From the NCBI GenBank assembly GCA_030950365.1, contig JAUZRQ010000001.1:86591-150590 (forward strand): a stretch of DNA of 64,000 nucleotides, read 5' to 3'. This document shows positions 26,684 through 37,032 of this stretch, piece after piece. Origin of the DNA: Candidatus Zhuqueibacterota bacterium (GTDB lineage: Bacteria > Zhuqueibacterota > Zhuqueibacteria > Zhuqueibacterales > Geothermadaptataceae). Below the pieces are notes generated by a model, which saw only the letters and a program-made list of their open reading frames with translations, searched no databases and was not told the origin of the DNA. The translations under genes were made by a program, and so were the position numbers. The first letter of the stretch is position 1; each line of letters starts with the position of its first letter.

Positions 26684-26712
26684 ATTATAGCGAAAATATT
26701 CCTAATTTGCAA
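26684..26712 (-). promoter_or_regulatory. Near-consensus sigma-70 promoter for tRNA-Pro(GGG)
   Basis: The minus strand reads TTGCAA-17 nt-TATAAT. The -10 element ends 10 nt upstream of the tRNA 5' end. Confidence 0.6.
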
Positions 26713-26792
26713 GCTATTTCTAAAACGAAAATGCTGTGGATTTGTTGATAATAACCAAATAACGTTTATTGAAGTGTTTAATCGATGTTATA

Positions 26793-27782
26793 CTATTTGC
26801 TCAATTTATCCGGATCATCCCAGGCGTCGGTGGGGTCTACCGGTGGCGCTGTGGATTCCTCGTTGGCTTGATCGGCAATCTGTTCGTCCGGCCGCGCAAT
26901 ATCTGCATTTTCATCTGTCAGGTTTTCATCATTTTGAATAGCTGCTGCTGCGCTTTCCGGCGGTTCAGTTGCATCTTGAAACAACTCATCTGACGTTTCG
27001 GAATGATTCAATCTATCATCGGACTGTACAGCGGCATCCGCCTCAACTCCATCGATATGATTGGAATTATCGCGGTTCAGTGGCTCGGTTCCGTTTTCAT
27101 CCATTTTTGGAGCGGAAGAATGTAGTAATTCAGACTGTTTGGCGGCGGTGTCCTGCGAATCGCTTTGTGAATCGCCTTTTAGCGTTTGTGTGTCGCTTGC
27201 AGGTTTTTCAGTATCAAATGCCAGAGTGAAATTAGCCGCAGGCTGGCTAGAAGCGCCGGTTTCGGCTTCCTGTTTTTGCGAAAGCATAAACAGGTCCGGA
27301 CTATCGATTTCCGGCTTCATCTTCGCGGCACGCTTTTCCTGTGATTCCGTTTTGCTTACCGGGATGCGCATCTGTTCCGCAGATGCGCCGGTCTCCCCTA
27401 TTTCCGTTTCCAGCAACACTGATTCGTTACTATCGAGAAAATTCAGCAAATCACGCAGGTCTTTGCGGATTTCGTGCAGCATATCCTCGCGGCGCAATTC
27501 CTCGAATGAAAGCTCAAGCTGGGGATCTTTTTGCTTTTTCAGCTCTTTGAGGCGTTTTTTGGCGCCTTCTATGGTGTATTTGTCCTGATAAAGCAGCTTT
27601 TTGATGAGAAAAATGGTGCGAATATCATTCAGCCGATAAATGCGGTTGCCAGCGCGATTCTTTCCAGGGCGAAGGTCAGGAAATTCCGTTTCCCAGTAGC
27701 GCAAAATATACTTTTTCAGGCCGGTGATCTGGCTGACTTCGCTGATCGAGTAATACAGTTTTTTAATTTTTTTCTCTTCCAT
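26793..27782 (-). CDS. MerR-family HTH protein with a long acidic, low-complexity C-terminal tail
   Basis: The N-terminal HTH is YYSISEVSQITGLKKYILRYWETEFPDL...NRIYRLNDI. The remaining roughly 230 aa are rich in D/E/S/Q/A/T. I chose the start at MEEKK (27782). An upstream Met at 27815 is also possible. Confidence 0.75.
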   Translation of the reverse strand: MEEKKIKKLYYSISEVSQITGLKKYILRYWETEFPDLRPGKNRAGNRIYRLNDIRTIFLIKKLLYQDKYTIEGAKKRLKELKKQKDPQLELSFEELRREDMLHEIRKDLRDLLNFLDSNESVLLETEIGETGASAEQMRIPVSKTESQEKRAAKMKPEIDSPDLFMLSQKQEAETGASSQPAANFTLAFDTEKPASDTQTLKGDSQSDSQDTAAKQSELLHSSAPKMDENGTEPLNRDNSNHIDGVEADAAVQSDDRLNHSETSDELFQDATEPPESAAAAIQNDENLTDENADIARPDEQIADQANEESTAPPVDPTDAWDDPDKLSK

Positions 27783-28584
27783 AAGAACCGAGCTTTTTCC
27801 AGATGATGGTGCCATTCGAGAAAAAACTGATTAGTTGCTGATAAAGAAGCACCCAGCCTGGCCGTTGTAAGAAACTATGAATTTTGCGGCCAAACATGGA
27901 AAGCGGCTCAAACGAATACACACCGATTCGCGGCAGTGCCATTATCCCGCATTGAGTGGCTGCCGTCGGTGCCATGCCCAGCGAAACCCCGACCGAAAAC
28001 CCTACGGCGCGGGCGATTTCGCAAATCTTTTTATTGGTTCGTCCGAATGGATAAGAAATGGAAGCAATCTCGATCTGAAATAGTTGCTGCAAGGTCCGTT
28101 TTGAATTGGCAAGTTCTCGTTTTAAGGCTTGTTCGCAGAGTGCAGGCAAATAAGAATGGACCGCCGAATGTGAACCGATCTCCCACCCTGATTGGAGCAA
28201 CTGCTGCAGAACGGATTCGCCAGCATGACGCCATTTGCGCACGCCAAAACGATAATCCCAGGCGTTATCCCGACCGATGAATTCGCTGATCACAAAACAG
28301 GTGCCGACAAAGCCGTGCTGCTGCATCATTTCAGCCGCATCCTCGATGCAGGTATATGTATCGTCAAACGTAAGCGCAATTAATTTACGTGATTTCGTTG
28401 CTTCAGGAGGCAATTGCAACAAATCCTTAATACGAACTGTCTCGAATCCCTGATCCGCAAGCCAGTGCATTTGCTCGGCAAATTGCTTCCTATTGACCCT
28501 CGCGAAGCCAAGGTCCAGCCGGTCGGTGATCAGGTGATACGCTAAGATTGGAATGGCTGCTGCAATGCCTCCTGAATGCGTCAT
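27763..28584 (-). CDS. Polysaccharide deacetylase (NodB homology domain) family protein
   Basis: 273 aa. It has LTFDDTY, GSHSAVH and ISYPFG motifs. Confidence 0.8.
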   Translation of the reverse strand: MTHSGGIAAAIPILAYHLITDRLDLGFARVNRKQFAEQMHWLADQGFETVRIKDLLQLPPEATKSRKLIALTFDDTYTCIEDAAEMMQQHGFVGTCFVISEFIGRDNAWDYRFGVRKWRHAGESVLQQLLQSGWEIGSHSAVHSYLPALCEQALKRELANSKRTLQQLFQIEIASISYPFGRTNKKICEIARAVGFSVGVSLGMAPTAATQCGIMALPRIGVYSFEPLSMFGRKIHSFLQRPGWVLLYQQLISFFSNGTIIWKKLGSYGREKN

Positions 28585-28594
28585 GCGCCTCGAA

Positions 28595-29707
28595 TTAAAT
28601 TACCATAGAAAGCGGTGTGTAGTCGAGCGAAAACGCTTCGGCCACATTTTTATATGTGATATGTCCTTTGACGATATTGGCGCCCTTGGCAATGGCCGGA
28701 TATTTGGTGAAGCAATCCGGATAGCCGGTATCGGCGATTTGCATGACGTACTGCAAGGTCGCATTGGTTAGAGCCACCGTGGAGGTTTTGGGCACGGCTC
28801 CCGGCATGTTGGCCACCCCGTAGTGCACCACACCGTCGATTTCATATACCGGATCATCATGTGTGGTCGGATGAATCGTTTCCACGCAGCCGCCCTGATC
28901 CACGGCCACATCGACAATGACAGCGCCTTTTTTCATCAATTTCAGCATATCGCGCGTCACCAGTCGCGGGGCTTTGGCGCCCGGAATCAGCACGGCGCCG
29001 ATGACCAGATCGGCTGTCTGAATGGCCTTACGGATGTTTTCCGGATTGGACATCACCGTGATGACGTTTTTCGGCATCACATCGTCAAGGTAGCGCAGCC
29101 GATCCAGGTTGATGTCCATAATCCACACGCGGGCACCCAGGCCGGCAGCGATTTTCGCCGCATTGGTGCCCACGTGCCCGCCACCGATAATAACCACATT
29201 GGCAGGCTCCACGCCAGGAACGCCACCAAGCAGTACGCCGATGCCGCCGTGCAGCCGCTCCAGATAGCGCGCTCCCTCCTGGATGGACATGCGTCCGGCA
29301 ACTTCGCTCATGGGAATGAGCAGCGGCAGAGAGCCATCGTCGGCTTCCACGGTCTCATAGGCAATGGCCACACATTTGGAGCGAATGATGGCCTCGGTCA
29401 ATTCCCTTGAGGCGGCAAAATGAAAATAGGTAAAAACAATCTGTCCTTCACAAATCAAAGGATACTCTTCCGGCAGCGGCTCCTTGACTTTGACAATCAT
29501 GTCCGCACGCTCGAAAATTTCCTTTGGTGTATTCACGATTTCAGCTCCGGCGCCCTTGTAGTGCTCATCGCTGAATCCGCTGCCCAGCCCGGCGCCTTTT
29601 TGCACCAGGACTTTATGTCCCCTTTGAACCAACATTTCGACACCTGCAGGCACTACCGCTACACGTTCTTCATTCGTCTTTATTTCTTTGGGAACACCAA
29701 TAATCAT
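28595..29707 (-). CDS. ald: Alanine dehydrogenase
   Basis: I take the start at MIIGVPKEIKTNEERVA (29707). It has the NAD motif VIIGGGHVGTNAA and the C-terminal HYGVANMPGAVP. Confidence 0.92.
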   Translation of the reverse strand: MIIGVPKEIKTNEERVAVVPAGVEMLVQRGHKVLVQKGAGLGSGFSDEHYKGAGAEIVNTPKEIFERADMIVKVKEPLPEEYPLICEGQIVFTYFHFAASRELTEAIIRSKCVAIAYETVEADDGSLPLLIPMSEVAGRMSIQEGARYLERLHGGIGVLLGGVPGVEPANVVIIGGGHVGTNAAKIAAGLGARVWIMDINLDRLRYLDDVMPKNVITVMSNPENIRKAIQTADLVIGAVLIPGAKAPRLVTRDMLKLMKKGAVIVDVAVDQGGCVETIHPTTHDDPVYEIDGVVHYGVANMPGAVPKTSTVALTNATLQYVMQIADTGYPDCFTKYPAIAKGANIVKGHITYKNVAEAFSLDYTPLSMVI

Positions 29708-29738
29708 TCCTACCTCCTTCACGCTTCAAATCCACTCA

Positions 29739-31016
29739 TCACTCTGGCCGGATAATCGTCGTGGTTAATTCATCAGAATTTAATAAAATTTGACTTAACT
29801 CCCAAACAGATTCACACGTAACTGCATCGATGCCCTGGATAATTTCATCAAGGCTAAATTGCTGCTGCAAATAAATCTCCATTTTGGCTAGCCGACTCAT
29901 ACGATTGGCCGTGCTCTCCAATCCCAGGAGCAAATTTCCTTTGAGTTGAGATTTAGTGCGCTCCAGTTCATCGGGAGCAATGGTTTTTGTTCTTAACTCC
30001 TCGAGTTCACGATCAATTAGCTCCAGGGTAAAATCCAGCTTATCTTTGTCCATGCTGGCATAGATGCAAAAAACACCAGTATCGTACAAAAAGTCAAGAT
30101 AAGAATATATGCTGTAACAAATGCCATATTTTTCACGGATGTTCTGAAACAGTCGTGAACTCATACCACTGCCAAGCAGTGTGTTAAGCACAAGTGCCGA
30201 ATAGCGGCGCGAGTCTTTATAGGCCAGGGCCCGGCTTCCCATACAAAGGTGGGCCTGTACGGCGTCTTCGGTTTTGATATCTACGTGCTTCTGCGGTCTG
30301 GGCAATTCTGGAAAATTGCGTTCGGTTGCCTTCGGCCAGGTGGCAAATTTGCCCTTCACTATTCCGACTAGCACGTCGTGATCCACATTGCCAGAAGCAG
30401 AGATGACCAATCGGTTGCAACTATACTGATCACGCATGTATTGCAGTGCTTTTTCGCGATTGAACCGACTGACCGTTTCCTTAGTGCCCAAGGTGGGCAG
30501 CGCCAGTGGATGGGCATCAAACAGGTTTTTATAGAAATAGTCGTGAATGCGATCCTCCGGCACTTCATCCGCAGAGCGGATTTCATCGAGAATGACATCG
30601 ATTTCCTTTTTCACTTCCGTCGGTTCAAACAGCGCGTCGGTCAGCATATCGGAAATGACGTCCACGGCCAGAGGCAGGTCTTTTTCCAGAACCTGAGCGT
30701 AATAGCAGGTCAGGTCTTTGCTGGTGTAGGCATTTAGGGTTCCCCCCACGTCCTCAATACTGCGGGCAATTTCAATAGCTGAACGCCGTGACGTGCCTTT
30801 GAAAAGCATGTGTTCGATGAAATGGGAAATGCCATTGAGATCAGGTGGTTCGTCACGGGTACCTACTTCGAGCCAAAAACCGAGAGACACGGAACGGACG
30901 TGTGGAATCCGTTCCGTGATGACCCGGACTCCTTCGCTAAGGATGGTTTTCTGGAAGGCAAAATCCGAGACTTTTTCAGCAGGCTGGCTCGATATCTTCG
31001 TATGCTGTTTTTTCAC
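29739..31016 (-). CDS. M16-family (pitrilysin/insulinase-like) zinc peptidase
   Basis: 425 aa with the inverted zinc motif HFIEHMLFKGT. Confidence 0.88.
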   Translation of the reverse strand: MKKQHTKISSQPAEKVSDFAFQKTILSEGVRVITERIPHVRSVSLGFWLEVGTRDEPPDLNGISHFIEHMLFKGTSRRSAIEIARSIEDVGGTLNAYTSKDLTCYYAQVLEKDLPLAVDVISDMLTDALFEPTEVKKEIDVILDEIRSADEVPEDRIHDYFYKNLFDAHPLALPTLGTKETVSRFNREKALQYMRDQYSCNRLVISASGNVDHDVLVGIVKGKFATWPKATERNFPELPRPQKHVDIKTEDAVQAHLCMGSRALAYKDSRRYSALVLNTLLGSGMSSRLFQNIREKYGICYSIYSYLDFLYDTGVFCIYASMDKDKLDFTLELIDRELEELRTKTIAPDELERTKSQLKGNLLLGLESTANRMSRLAKMEIYLQQQFSLDEIIQGIDAVTCESVWELSQILLNSDELTTTIIRPE

Positions 31017-33136
31017 CGTCTTCTTGAATCCGATTTGTGTCTGGCTAGCGATGGTTTTTCCGAGTCGTACATAGCAGCCTTGCGGCTAAGGTTCAATTTG
31101 CCGGAGTCATCAATGCGAATCAACTTAACCAGTACCTCATCACCTACGTTGAGTACGTCTTCCACGCGATTGATGCGGAATGGCTCGATCTCGGAGATGT
31201 GCAACAAACCCTCCTTGCCAGGCAAGATTTCCACAAAAGCCCCAAAATTAGTGATTTTCTTGACTTTTCCTTTATACACCTTACCGATCTCCGGTGCCTC
31301 AGCCAGTTCTTCGATGATGTTTTTTGCCATCAGTCCAGCACGCGGCTCCACTGATGCGATCTTTACGGTACCATCATCAGAAATATCAATGGTAGCTCCG
31401 GTCTTATCAACAATATCGCGGATAATTTTGCCGCCAGGGCCAATGATGGCGCCGATGTATTCCGGATTGATTTTGAACGAAATAATCCGCGGAGCATATT
31501 TCGAAAGTTCATGACGCGGTTCGTGGAGGGTGCGGTTCATCACATCAAGAATCTTCAGCCGGGCCTGCCGCGCTTTCTCAAGGGCCTCCTGCATGATCTG
31601 CATTTTCATTCCCTTGATTTTGATGTCCATCTGAAAGGCAGTAATGCCGTTTTTGGTACCGGCGACTTTGAAATCCATATCCCCGAGATGATCCTCATCA
31701 CCAAGGATGTCGGTCAGGATTTTGTAATTGTCGCCATCGGTAACCAGACCCATGGCAATGCCAGCAACCTGATCTTTGGTCGGCACGCCGGCATCCATCA
31801 GCGCCAGCGAACCGGCGCAAACGGTGGCCATCGATGACGAACCGTTGGATTCAAGGATATCCGACACAATGCGGATGGTGTATGGAAAGATTTCCTCGGC
31901 CGGTATCACGGGTTTCAGTGCGCGCTCTGCCAGAAAACCGTGTCCGATTTCGCGGCGTCCAGGACCGCGCAAAGGCCGGATTTCGCCAACGCTGAACGGC
32001 GGAAAATTGTAATGCAGCATATAAGACTTGAAAAACTCGCCTTCCAGTTCATCCATCTTTTGCTCATCTATTTTGGTACCGAGTGTGATCACCGCAAGCG
32101 CCTGAGTCTGTCCACGCGTAAACAGGCAGGAGCCATGAGTGCGCGGCAGTAGCCCCACCTCGCAGGTGATATCACGAATATCGTCCATACCACGGCCATC
32201 GAGTCGACGCGATTCGTCGAGAATCATCTTGCGCGTGAGCTCTTTTTCAATTTTATGCAGCACTTCTTTGATATCCGCCTCGGATTCCGGATACGTTTCC
32301 TGCAGCGACTCGACCACCTGCGCATAGTGTTCTTTCAACTGCGTGCGGCGATCCTTTTTTTCTGTGATGTTGAGCAGCTCGCGAATTTTGTCCGTGGCCA
32401 TGGAACGCACTTTGTCTTCCAGGCCTTCGGGCAGCTCTGGCACCGCCACCTGCAGCTTCTCCTTGCCGATTTCCTGCTGCAGCTCCTTCTGCATCTGAAT
32501 CAGCGGCTGCGCCTGCTGATGCCCGAATTCCAGCGCCGCCAGCATGTCCGCTTCGGAGATTTCCCAGGATTCGCCCTCGACCATGATGATGGATTCTTCG
32601 TTGGCTGTAATCACCAAATCGAGGTCACTGACTTCAAGCTGGTCGTAGGTAGGATTGGCAATAAATTTACCATTCACCCGCCCTACACGGATGCCAGCAA
32701 CCGGGCCGTCCCACGGAATATCGGAAATGGTCAATGCCGCCGATGCCCCGGTGATACCCAGCACATCGGGATCGTTCTCTTTGTCTGCGGAAAGCACGGT
32801 GACCATGACTTGCACCTCATTGCGGTAGCCTTCCGGGAAAAGCGGACGCAAACTGCGGTCGATGAGCCTCGAGCTCAGGATCTCATTTTCGCTGGGGCGC
32901 CCTTCGCGTTTGAAAAAGCCACCGGGGATTTTGCCAGCTGCATAGGCTTTTTCACGATAATCCACGCTGAGTGGAAAGAAATCCTGCGCGGATGGCTCAT
33001 CTGAACCGACCACGGTGGCCAGCACCACCGTATCTCCGAAACGTACCAACACGGCTCCGCTGGCCTGTTTGGCTACCCGTCCATGTTCAAGGCTATACGT
33101 GAATTCGTTGAGCTTAATCTCTTTGGTGATAATCAT
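31013..33136 (-). CDS. pnp: Polyribonucleotide nucleotidyltransferase (PNPase)
   Basis: 707 aa. It has two RNase PH domains, KH (GPGGKIIRDI) and S1 (GKVYKGKVKKITNFGAFVEILPGKEGLLHISE). Confidence 0.97.
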   Translation of the reverse strand: MIITKEIKLNEFTYSLEHGRVAKQASGAVLVRFGDTVVLATVVGSDEPSAQDFFPLSVDYREKAYAAGKIPGGFFKREGRPSENEILSSRLIDRSLRPLFPEGYRNEVQVMVTVLSADKENDPDVLGITGASAALTISDIPWDGPVAGIRVGRVNGKFIANPTYDQLEVSDLDLVITANEESIIMVEGESWEISEADMLAALEFGHQQAQPLIQMQKELQQEIGKEKLQVAVPELPEGLEDKVRSMATDKIRELLNITEKKDRRTQLKEHYAQVVESLQETYPESEADIKEVLHKIEKELTRKMILDESRRLDGRGMDDIRDITCEVGLLPRTHGSCLFTRGQTQALAVITLGTKIDEQKMDELEGEFFKSYMLHYNFPPFSVGEIRPLRGPGRREIGHGFLAERALKPVIPAEEIFPYTIRIVSDILESNGSSSMATVCAGSLALMDAGVPTKDQVAGIAMGLVTDGDNYKILTDILGDEDHLGDMDFKVAGTKNGITAFQMDIKIKGMKMQIMQEALEKARQARLKILDVMNRTLHEPRHELSKYAPRIISFKINPEYIGAIIGPGGKIIRDIVDKTGATIDISDDGTVKIASVEPRAGLMAKNIIEELAEAPEIGKVYKGKVKKITNFGAFVEILPGKEGLLHISEIEPFRINRVEDVLNVGDEVLVKLIRIDDSGKLNLSRKAAMYDSEKPSLARHKSDSRRR

Positions 33137-33144
33137 TACGAATC

Positions 33145-34494
33145 TTACTCCTCTTCAGATGTTTTTTCCAGAATGTCGTTTAGCGAGATGTTGAATTTCT
33201 CGACGTCTTCCTTCTTAACCAGGACCACTGCCGGGGTCAAATTCCCTACGGCGTAGTAGTGGTCGCCTTTTTGCTTGCCAATTTTGATATTTGCGACTTC
33301 TTTACCTTCTTTTTTACAAATGAATTGATATAGTGGCTTATCCAACCCATATCTTTTTAATGATTCCGGCTTCTCGTCAACCATTTTCTGCATTTTCAGA
33401 CCGCTGATGGTGCTGGCCAAACTGCTGACTTTCCAGTTCTTCGCCTTGCCGTGCACCGGTTCCACAATCTGCCAATTGCTGGCGGTATCTTTTTCGCAGA
33501 TATAGGTTGTATCGGGAAGATGAAGTTCAATATAATCGATCTGGTAAGAGTAGAAGTCGGCCAACCGCTTTTCGCGCAAATCCCATTCGCTGGCATTCAG
33601 CTTGTGTACAGCACTCGAATCGATGGTAAAAATGGGATCCCGCGAAACGTCCCTGGCATAGTAGGCGCTTCCCGTCGCTTTCCCGATGATCAGCTTTTTC
33701 AGGCCCCCGTCCTCCGTGACCTGCAATTCCAGTTCATAGGCTGGATGCGTCAAACCATACTTCGAAAGATGTTCCGGTGTTTCCTCCACAAATTGTTTGG
33801 CCTTTGCGTTGCGTATGCCGTTTAAAATCTGTTCGACTTTGTATTCATCCGCAAGAATTTTTTGATCTTTGCCTTTAAAAATGTACCACTTTTCCCCCTC
33901 TTTTCGCAATGCAATTTTTCGTTTTGGCGTTTTTATTGTGGCCCGTCCCACTTTATCGGTTTCAAAGGCTAACACCGTTTTATCGCGAAAATCGAACAGA
34001 TCTTTTTCCGCATTGGTCAACAGCAACGTTTGTGTGGCATAAACTGTGCTATCTGAATTGATGCGTGCAAACACATAGGTTCCGGTCGGTGTTTTGTCTC
34101 CCAAATACACCGTGTCGTTTTTGCTGTCATGAGTAACAATGATTTCGTATTTCGCCGGATCGAGGCCATAATCAGCCAGCGATGTCGGCGAAGTGGTAAT
34201 TGTGCGTTCTTTTTTGGCATCAGAAAGGCTGTTCACCAACCCGTTGATAACCCAGTTTTCAGTTTTGGATCGAATGGGCTCGACAATGCGCCATTCCGCA
34301 CTCTCTTTCTGAAATTTAATACCGGTTGGCTTTAAATACAGTGTTTTCAATGAATCCTTCTCAAATACCAAAAGCTGGCTTTCCAGCTCTTTCGCCTTTT
34401 CGGCTTTCTCTTTGCCCTTGATTTCAATGAAGTACACATAAGCCAGCAGGGCCAGAAAAAGGACCAGCAGAAAGCCTGTGCTTTTGAACCTCAT
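33145..34494 (-). CDS. DUF4340-like protein (N-terminal membrane anchor, repeated beta-rich modules)
   Basis: 449 aa. It has an N-terminal TM segment (FLLVLFLALLAYVYF). It lies downstream of a GldG-like gene, which is the usual partner arrangement for DUF4340. Confidence 0.65.
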   Translation of the reverse strand: MRFKSTGFLLVLFLALLAYVYFIEIKGKEKAEKAKELESQLLVFEKDSLKTLYLKPTGIKFQKESAEWRIVEPIRSKTENWVINGLVNSLSDAKKERTITTSPTSLADYGLDPAKYEIIVTHDSKNDTVYLGDKTPTGTYVFARINSDSTVYATQTLLLTNAEKDLFDFRDKTVLAFETDKVGRATIKTPKRKIALRKEGEKWYIFKGKDQKILADEYKVEQILNGIRNAKAKQFVEETPEHLSKYGLTHPAYELELQVTEDGGLKKLIIGKATGSAYYARDVSRDPIFTIDSSAVHKLNASEWDLREKRLADFYSYQIDYIELHLPDTTYICEKDTASNWQIVEPVHGKAKNWKVSSLASTISGLKMQKMVDEKPESLKRYGLDKPLYQFICKKEGKEVANIKIGKQKGDHYYAVGNLTPAVVLVKKEDVEKFNISLNDILEKTSEEE

Positions 34495-34661
34495 GTCCTC
34501 CTTCTCCGCAAGTGTTCTACGTGCTCCATCATTTTATGTAGCAAAACACAGCGGTTTTTTTCTATAATTACTATCTTCGTAAAGCTTTACTTCCATTACT
34601 ACGGTGTTGTACAGAGCAAAGCTCGCCCTAAAAGACCTAACTGACTGTTTTGCATTTAATC

Positions 34662-36230
34662 TTATTGGCGGCGGCGCTGCACCACGACCGCCATGGCTAA
34701 AACCGCCATTGGTACAAGAATCACGCCGAGCAGCAGCATGATACGCGATTGCTTCTGGGTCAGGTTGATGCGCCGGTCTTCCGGACTCTTCGGCCGGATG
34801 GATACCAGATCTTCCTCTTCGGCCAACCAGCTTAGCGTGTTCATGAATAGATCGCCGTTGGCCTGGAAATTGAAAAACGCATTAGAGGCAAAATCCGAAT
34901 CGCCAACAATGGCGAGTTTGGCGGTGGTTTCTTTGCTGTTGCCATCCGATTCGCCGTTAGCGCTGGCGGAATCGGCTTCACTCACCTCGATGGTTTTGGT
35001 GGCCACAGCGGCAATGGTCACCGGTCCCAACAGGTCCTCATCCGGGTTGAGCTCGGCCTTGCCGTTGCTCAAATTGGTTTCTCCCCAGCTTCGCTCTGTG
35101 GTTTTGGCCAGCCAGTCCACGTCCACATCAGCCGGCGGTTCATCCATTGGCGTTACGCTGCGGGCCAGCGGAAAAGCCGTCATGAAATTGCCGAATTTTT
35201 CAGTGATCGGATGCGTGTCGTTGTACTGTGCGGCCACTGGCATGTTGGCGCCGGCTCCAAACAGCATACCGATTCCGGATACATCGACCACCACATCATT
35301 GCCCACCTTGAGCCCCCATTTCGCGGCCAGGTCTTCAAATCCCGGGCTTGGCGCCGGATCCAACAGCAAATACACCGCACCGCCCTGATTGAGATAGTTT
35401 TCCACCATTTCCAGCTCATTGGGCAGGAAGGGTTTGGTCGGTCCGGCAATCACCAGCACATCGCAGTCGTCCGGCACCTGACCTTTTTCCACCAATAGCA
35501 CCGATTCGACCAGATAATTCTTTTCTTCGATGACCGACTTCGCGCCGCTCATGCCGTTGCGCTCATCCTCAATATCGATGTTTTTCTCGCCGTGACCGGT
35601 GGTAAAATAAATTTTCTTCTGCTTTTCGCGCGTCACCTTGATAATCGCGTTGGTTAAATCTTGCTCAGTGGATGTGGTGATGCGCTCATCACGGCCACGG
35701 TATTCAATCACCGTGGTACCGTAACTGGTAATCCCGTATTGCCGAGCTATGGCCGGCTTTTTATCGGGATCGATGAATTCGTATTTGACTTTGGGCGAAA
35801 TGTTGGCATACTCTTTCAGCAAGTCTTGCATTTCCTGCTGATCTTCGGCTTTGTAAAACGCCGTGATGTTCAAATCATCGTTTAAATTTTTGAGCACTTT
35901 GATGGTCTGATCGGACAGGCTGAACTGCTTGGCGGCCGTGGTGTCCAGACGCCAGTTATGTTCAGAGGCGATAAAGTTAATCAATCCCAGAATGCCCAGC
36001 ACCACTACCGCACTGGTCACGGCATTGGCCGTGTATTTTGTGGACCGACGAAACATCAAATCGCGAATTTCGGCCATATGCGTGACCACAAAGAAGACCA
36101 CTCCCGCCAGCCCTGCGATGAGCAGAGCCGTTTCAAACCAATCCAGCGTGGCCGAAACGTAATAACTTCCCAGTGCAACCAGTATTAGAATCAGGCCGAC
36201 ACCGCCTGCGTATTTTCCGTAGTCTTTCAT
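34662..36230 (-). CDS. GldG-family ABC-transporter auxiliary protein
   Basis: 522 aa. It has TM segments at both ends and a large extracytoplasmic domain (IYFTTGHGE...VLVIAGP...LAIVGDSDFASN), as in GldG-type proteins. Confidence 0.75.
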   Translation of the reverse strand: MKDYGKYAGGVGLILILVALGSYYVSATLDWFETALLIAGLAGVVFFVVTHMAEIRDLMFRRSTKYTANAVTSAVVVLGILGLINFIASEHNWRLDTTAAKQFSLSDQTIKVLKNLNDDLNITAFYKAEDQQEMQDLLKEYANISPKVKYEFIDPDKKPAIARQYGITSYGTTVIEYRGRDERITTSTEQDLTNAIIKVTREKQKKIYFTTGHGEKNIDIEDERNGMSGAKSVIEEKNYLVESVLLVEKGQVPDDCDVLVIAGPTKPFLPNELEMVENYLNQGGAVYLLLDPAPSPGFEDLAAKWGLKVGNDVVVDVSGIGMLFGAGANMPVAAQYNDTHPITEKFGNFMTAFPLARSVTPMDEPPADVDVDWLAKTTERSWGETNLSNGKAELNPDEDLLGPVTIAAVATKTIEVSEADSASANGESDGNSKETTAKLAIVGDSDFASNAFFNFQANGDLFMNTLSWLAEEEDLVSIRPKSPEDRRINLTQKQSRIMLLLGVILVPMAVLAMAVVVQRRRQ

Positions 36231-37015
36231 CGGCTACCCCTCCATCGTGCAGATTCCACCGACATAAAGCTCAGGAAAATGCCCATAAAGATAAAGGATA
36301 CATAAAACACGATATGCTTGGTATCGATCACGCCCTTGGCAAAATCGTCGAAATGGCCGATGGGATCGATATTGGCGAAGATTTTGCCCAGGGTGGCACC
36401 GGCAAAATTGGATAGCCAACCCAACGATAGCAGCACCAGATTGGCCCCCAGCGCACTGATGAAGGCCACGATCTGGTTTTCCGTGAGCGTGGAAAACCAC
36501 ATGCCGATGGCAATAAACGCGCCCCCCACGAGAAACATGCCCAGATAGCCGGAAAGAATCTGGCCAACCTCTGGATTACCAAAGAAAAACAGCATGCCCA
36601 CCAGGATGCCGGTGAGCGCCAGGGTGATGCCCCATAAAATCCAGGCGGCGGTGAATTTGGCCAGAGTCAATTGCCAGTTGGTGATGGGAGATGTTTCCAG
36701 CAGTTCCAGAGTGCCCTGGCGTTTTTCCTCGGCAAAAAGCCGCATGGTAAAACCAGGAAGCAGAAACAATGCGATAATGGTCAGATTGTGAAAAAACGGG
36801 CGCAGCGCCATCATGTTCACGTTAATGGGCTGCGGCGGCATGCGATACATCTGCGCATAGGCCATGCTCTGCATGCTGATGCGATCGAACCATGCCATGA
36901 TGTTGTAAAAGAAAAATCCGGCAATGGTGAGAAACAGCCCAATAAATACGTAGGCAATTGGCGAAGAAAAGACGATTTTCAACTCTTTTTCAAGCAAGGC
37001 CAGAAACGCTTTCAT
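36227..37015 (-). CDS. ABC-2-type transporter permease (GldF-like)
   Basis: Polytopic membrane protein. I chose the start at ATG 37015 (MKAFLALLEKE), which is preceded by GGAGGAGAGG. An alternative GTG at 37036 overlaps the ATPase stop. Confidence 0.8.
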   Translation of the reverse strand: MKAFLALLEKELKIVFSSPIAYVFIGLFLTIAGFFFYNIMAWFDRISMQSMAYAQMYRMPPQPINVNMMALRPFFHNLTIIALFLLPGFTMRLFAEEKRQGTLELLETSPITNWQLTLAKFTAAWILWGITLALTGILVGMLFFFGNPEVGQILSGYLGMFLVGGAFIAIGMWFSTLTENQIVAFISALGANLVLLSLGWLSNFAGATLGKIFANIDPIGHFDDFAKGVIDTKHIVFYVSFIFMGIFLSFMSVESARWRGSR

Positions 37016-37032
37016 GATTCCTCTCCTCCGCC

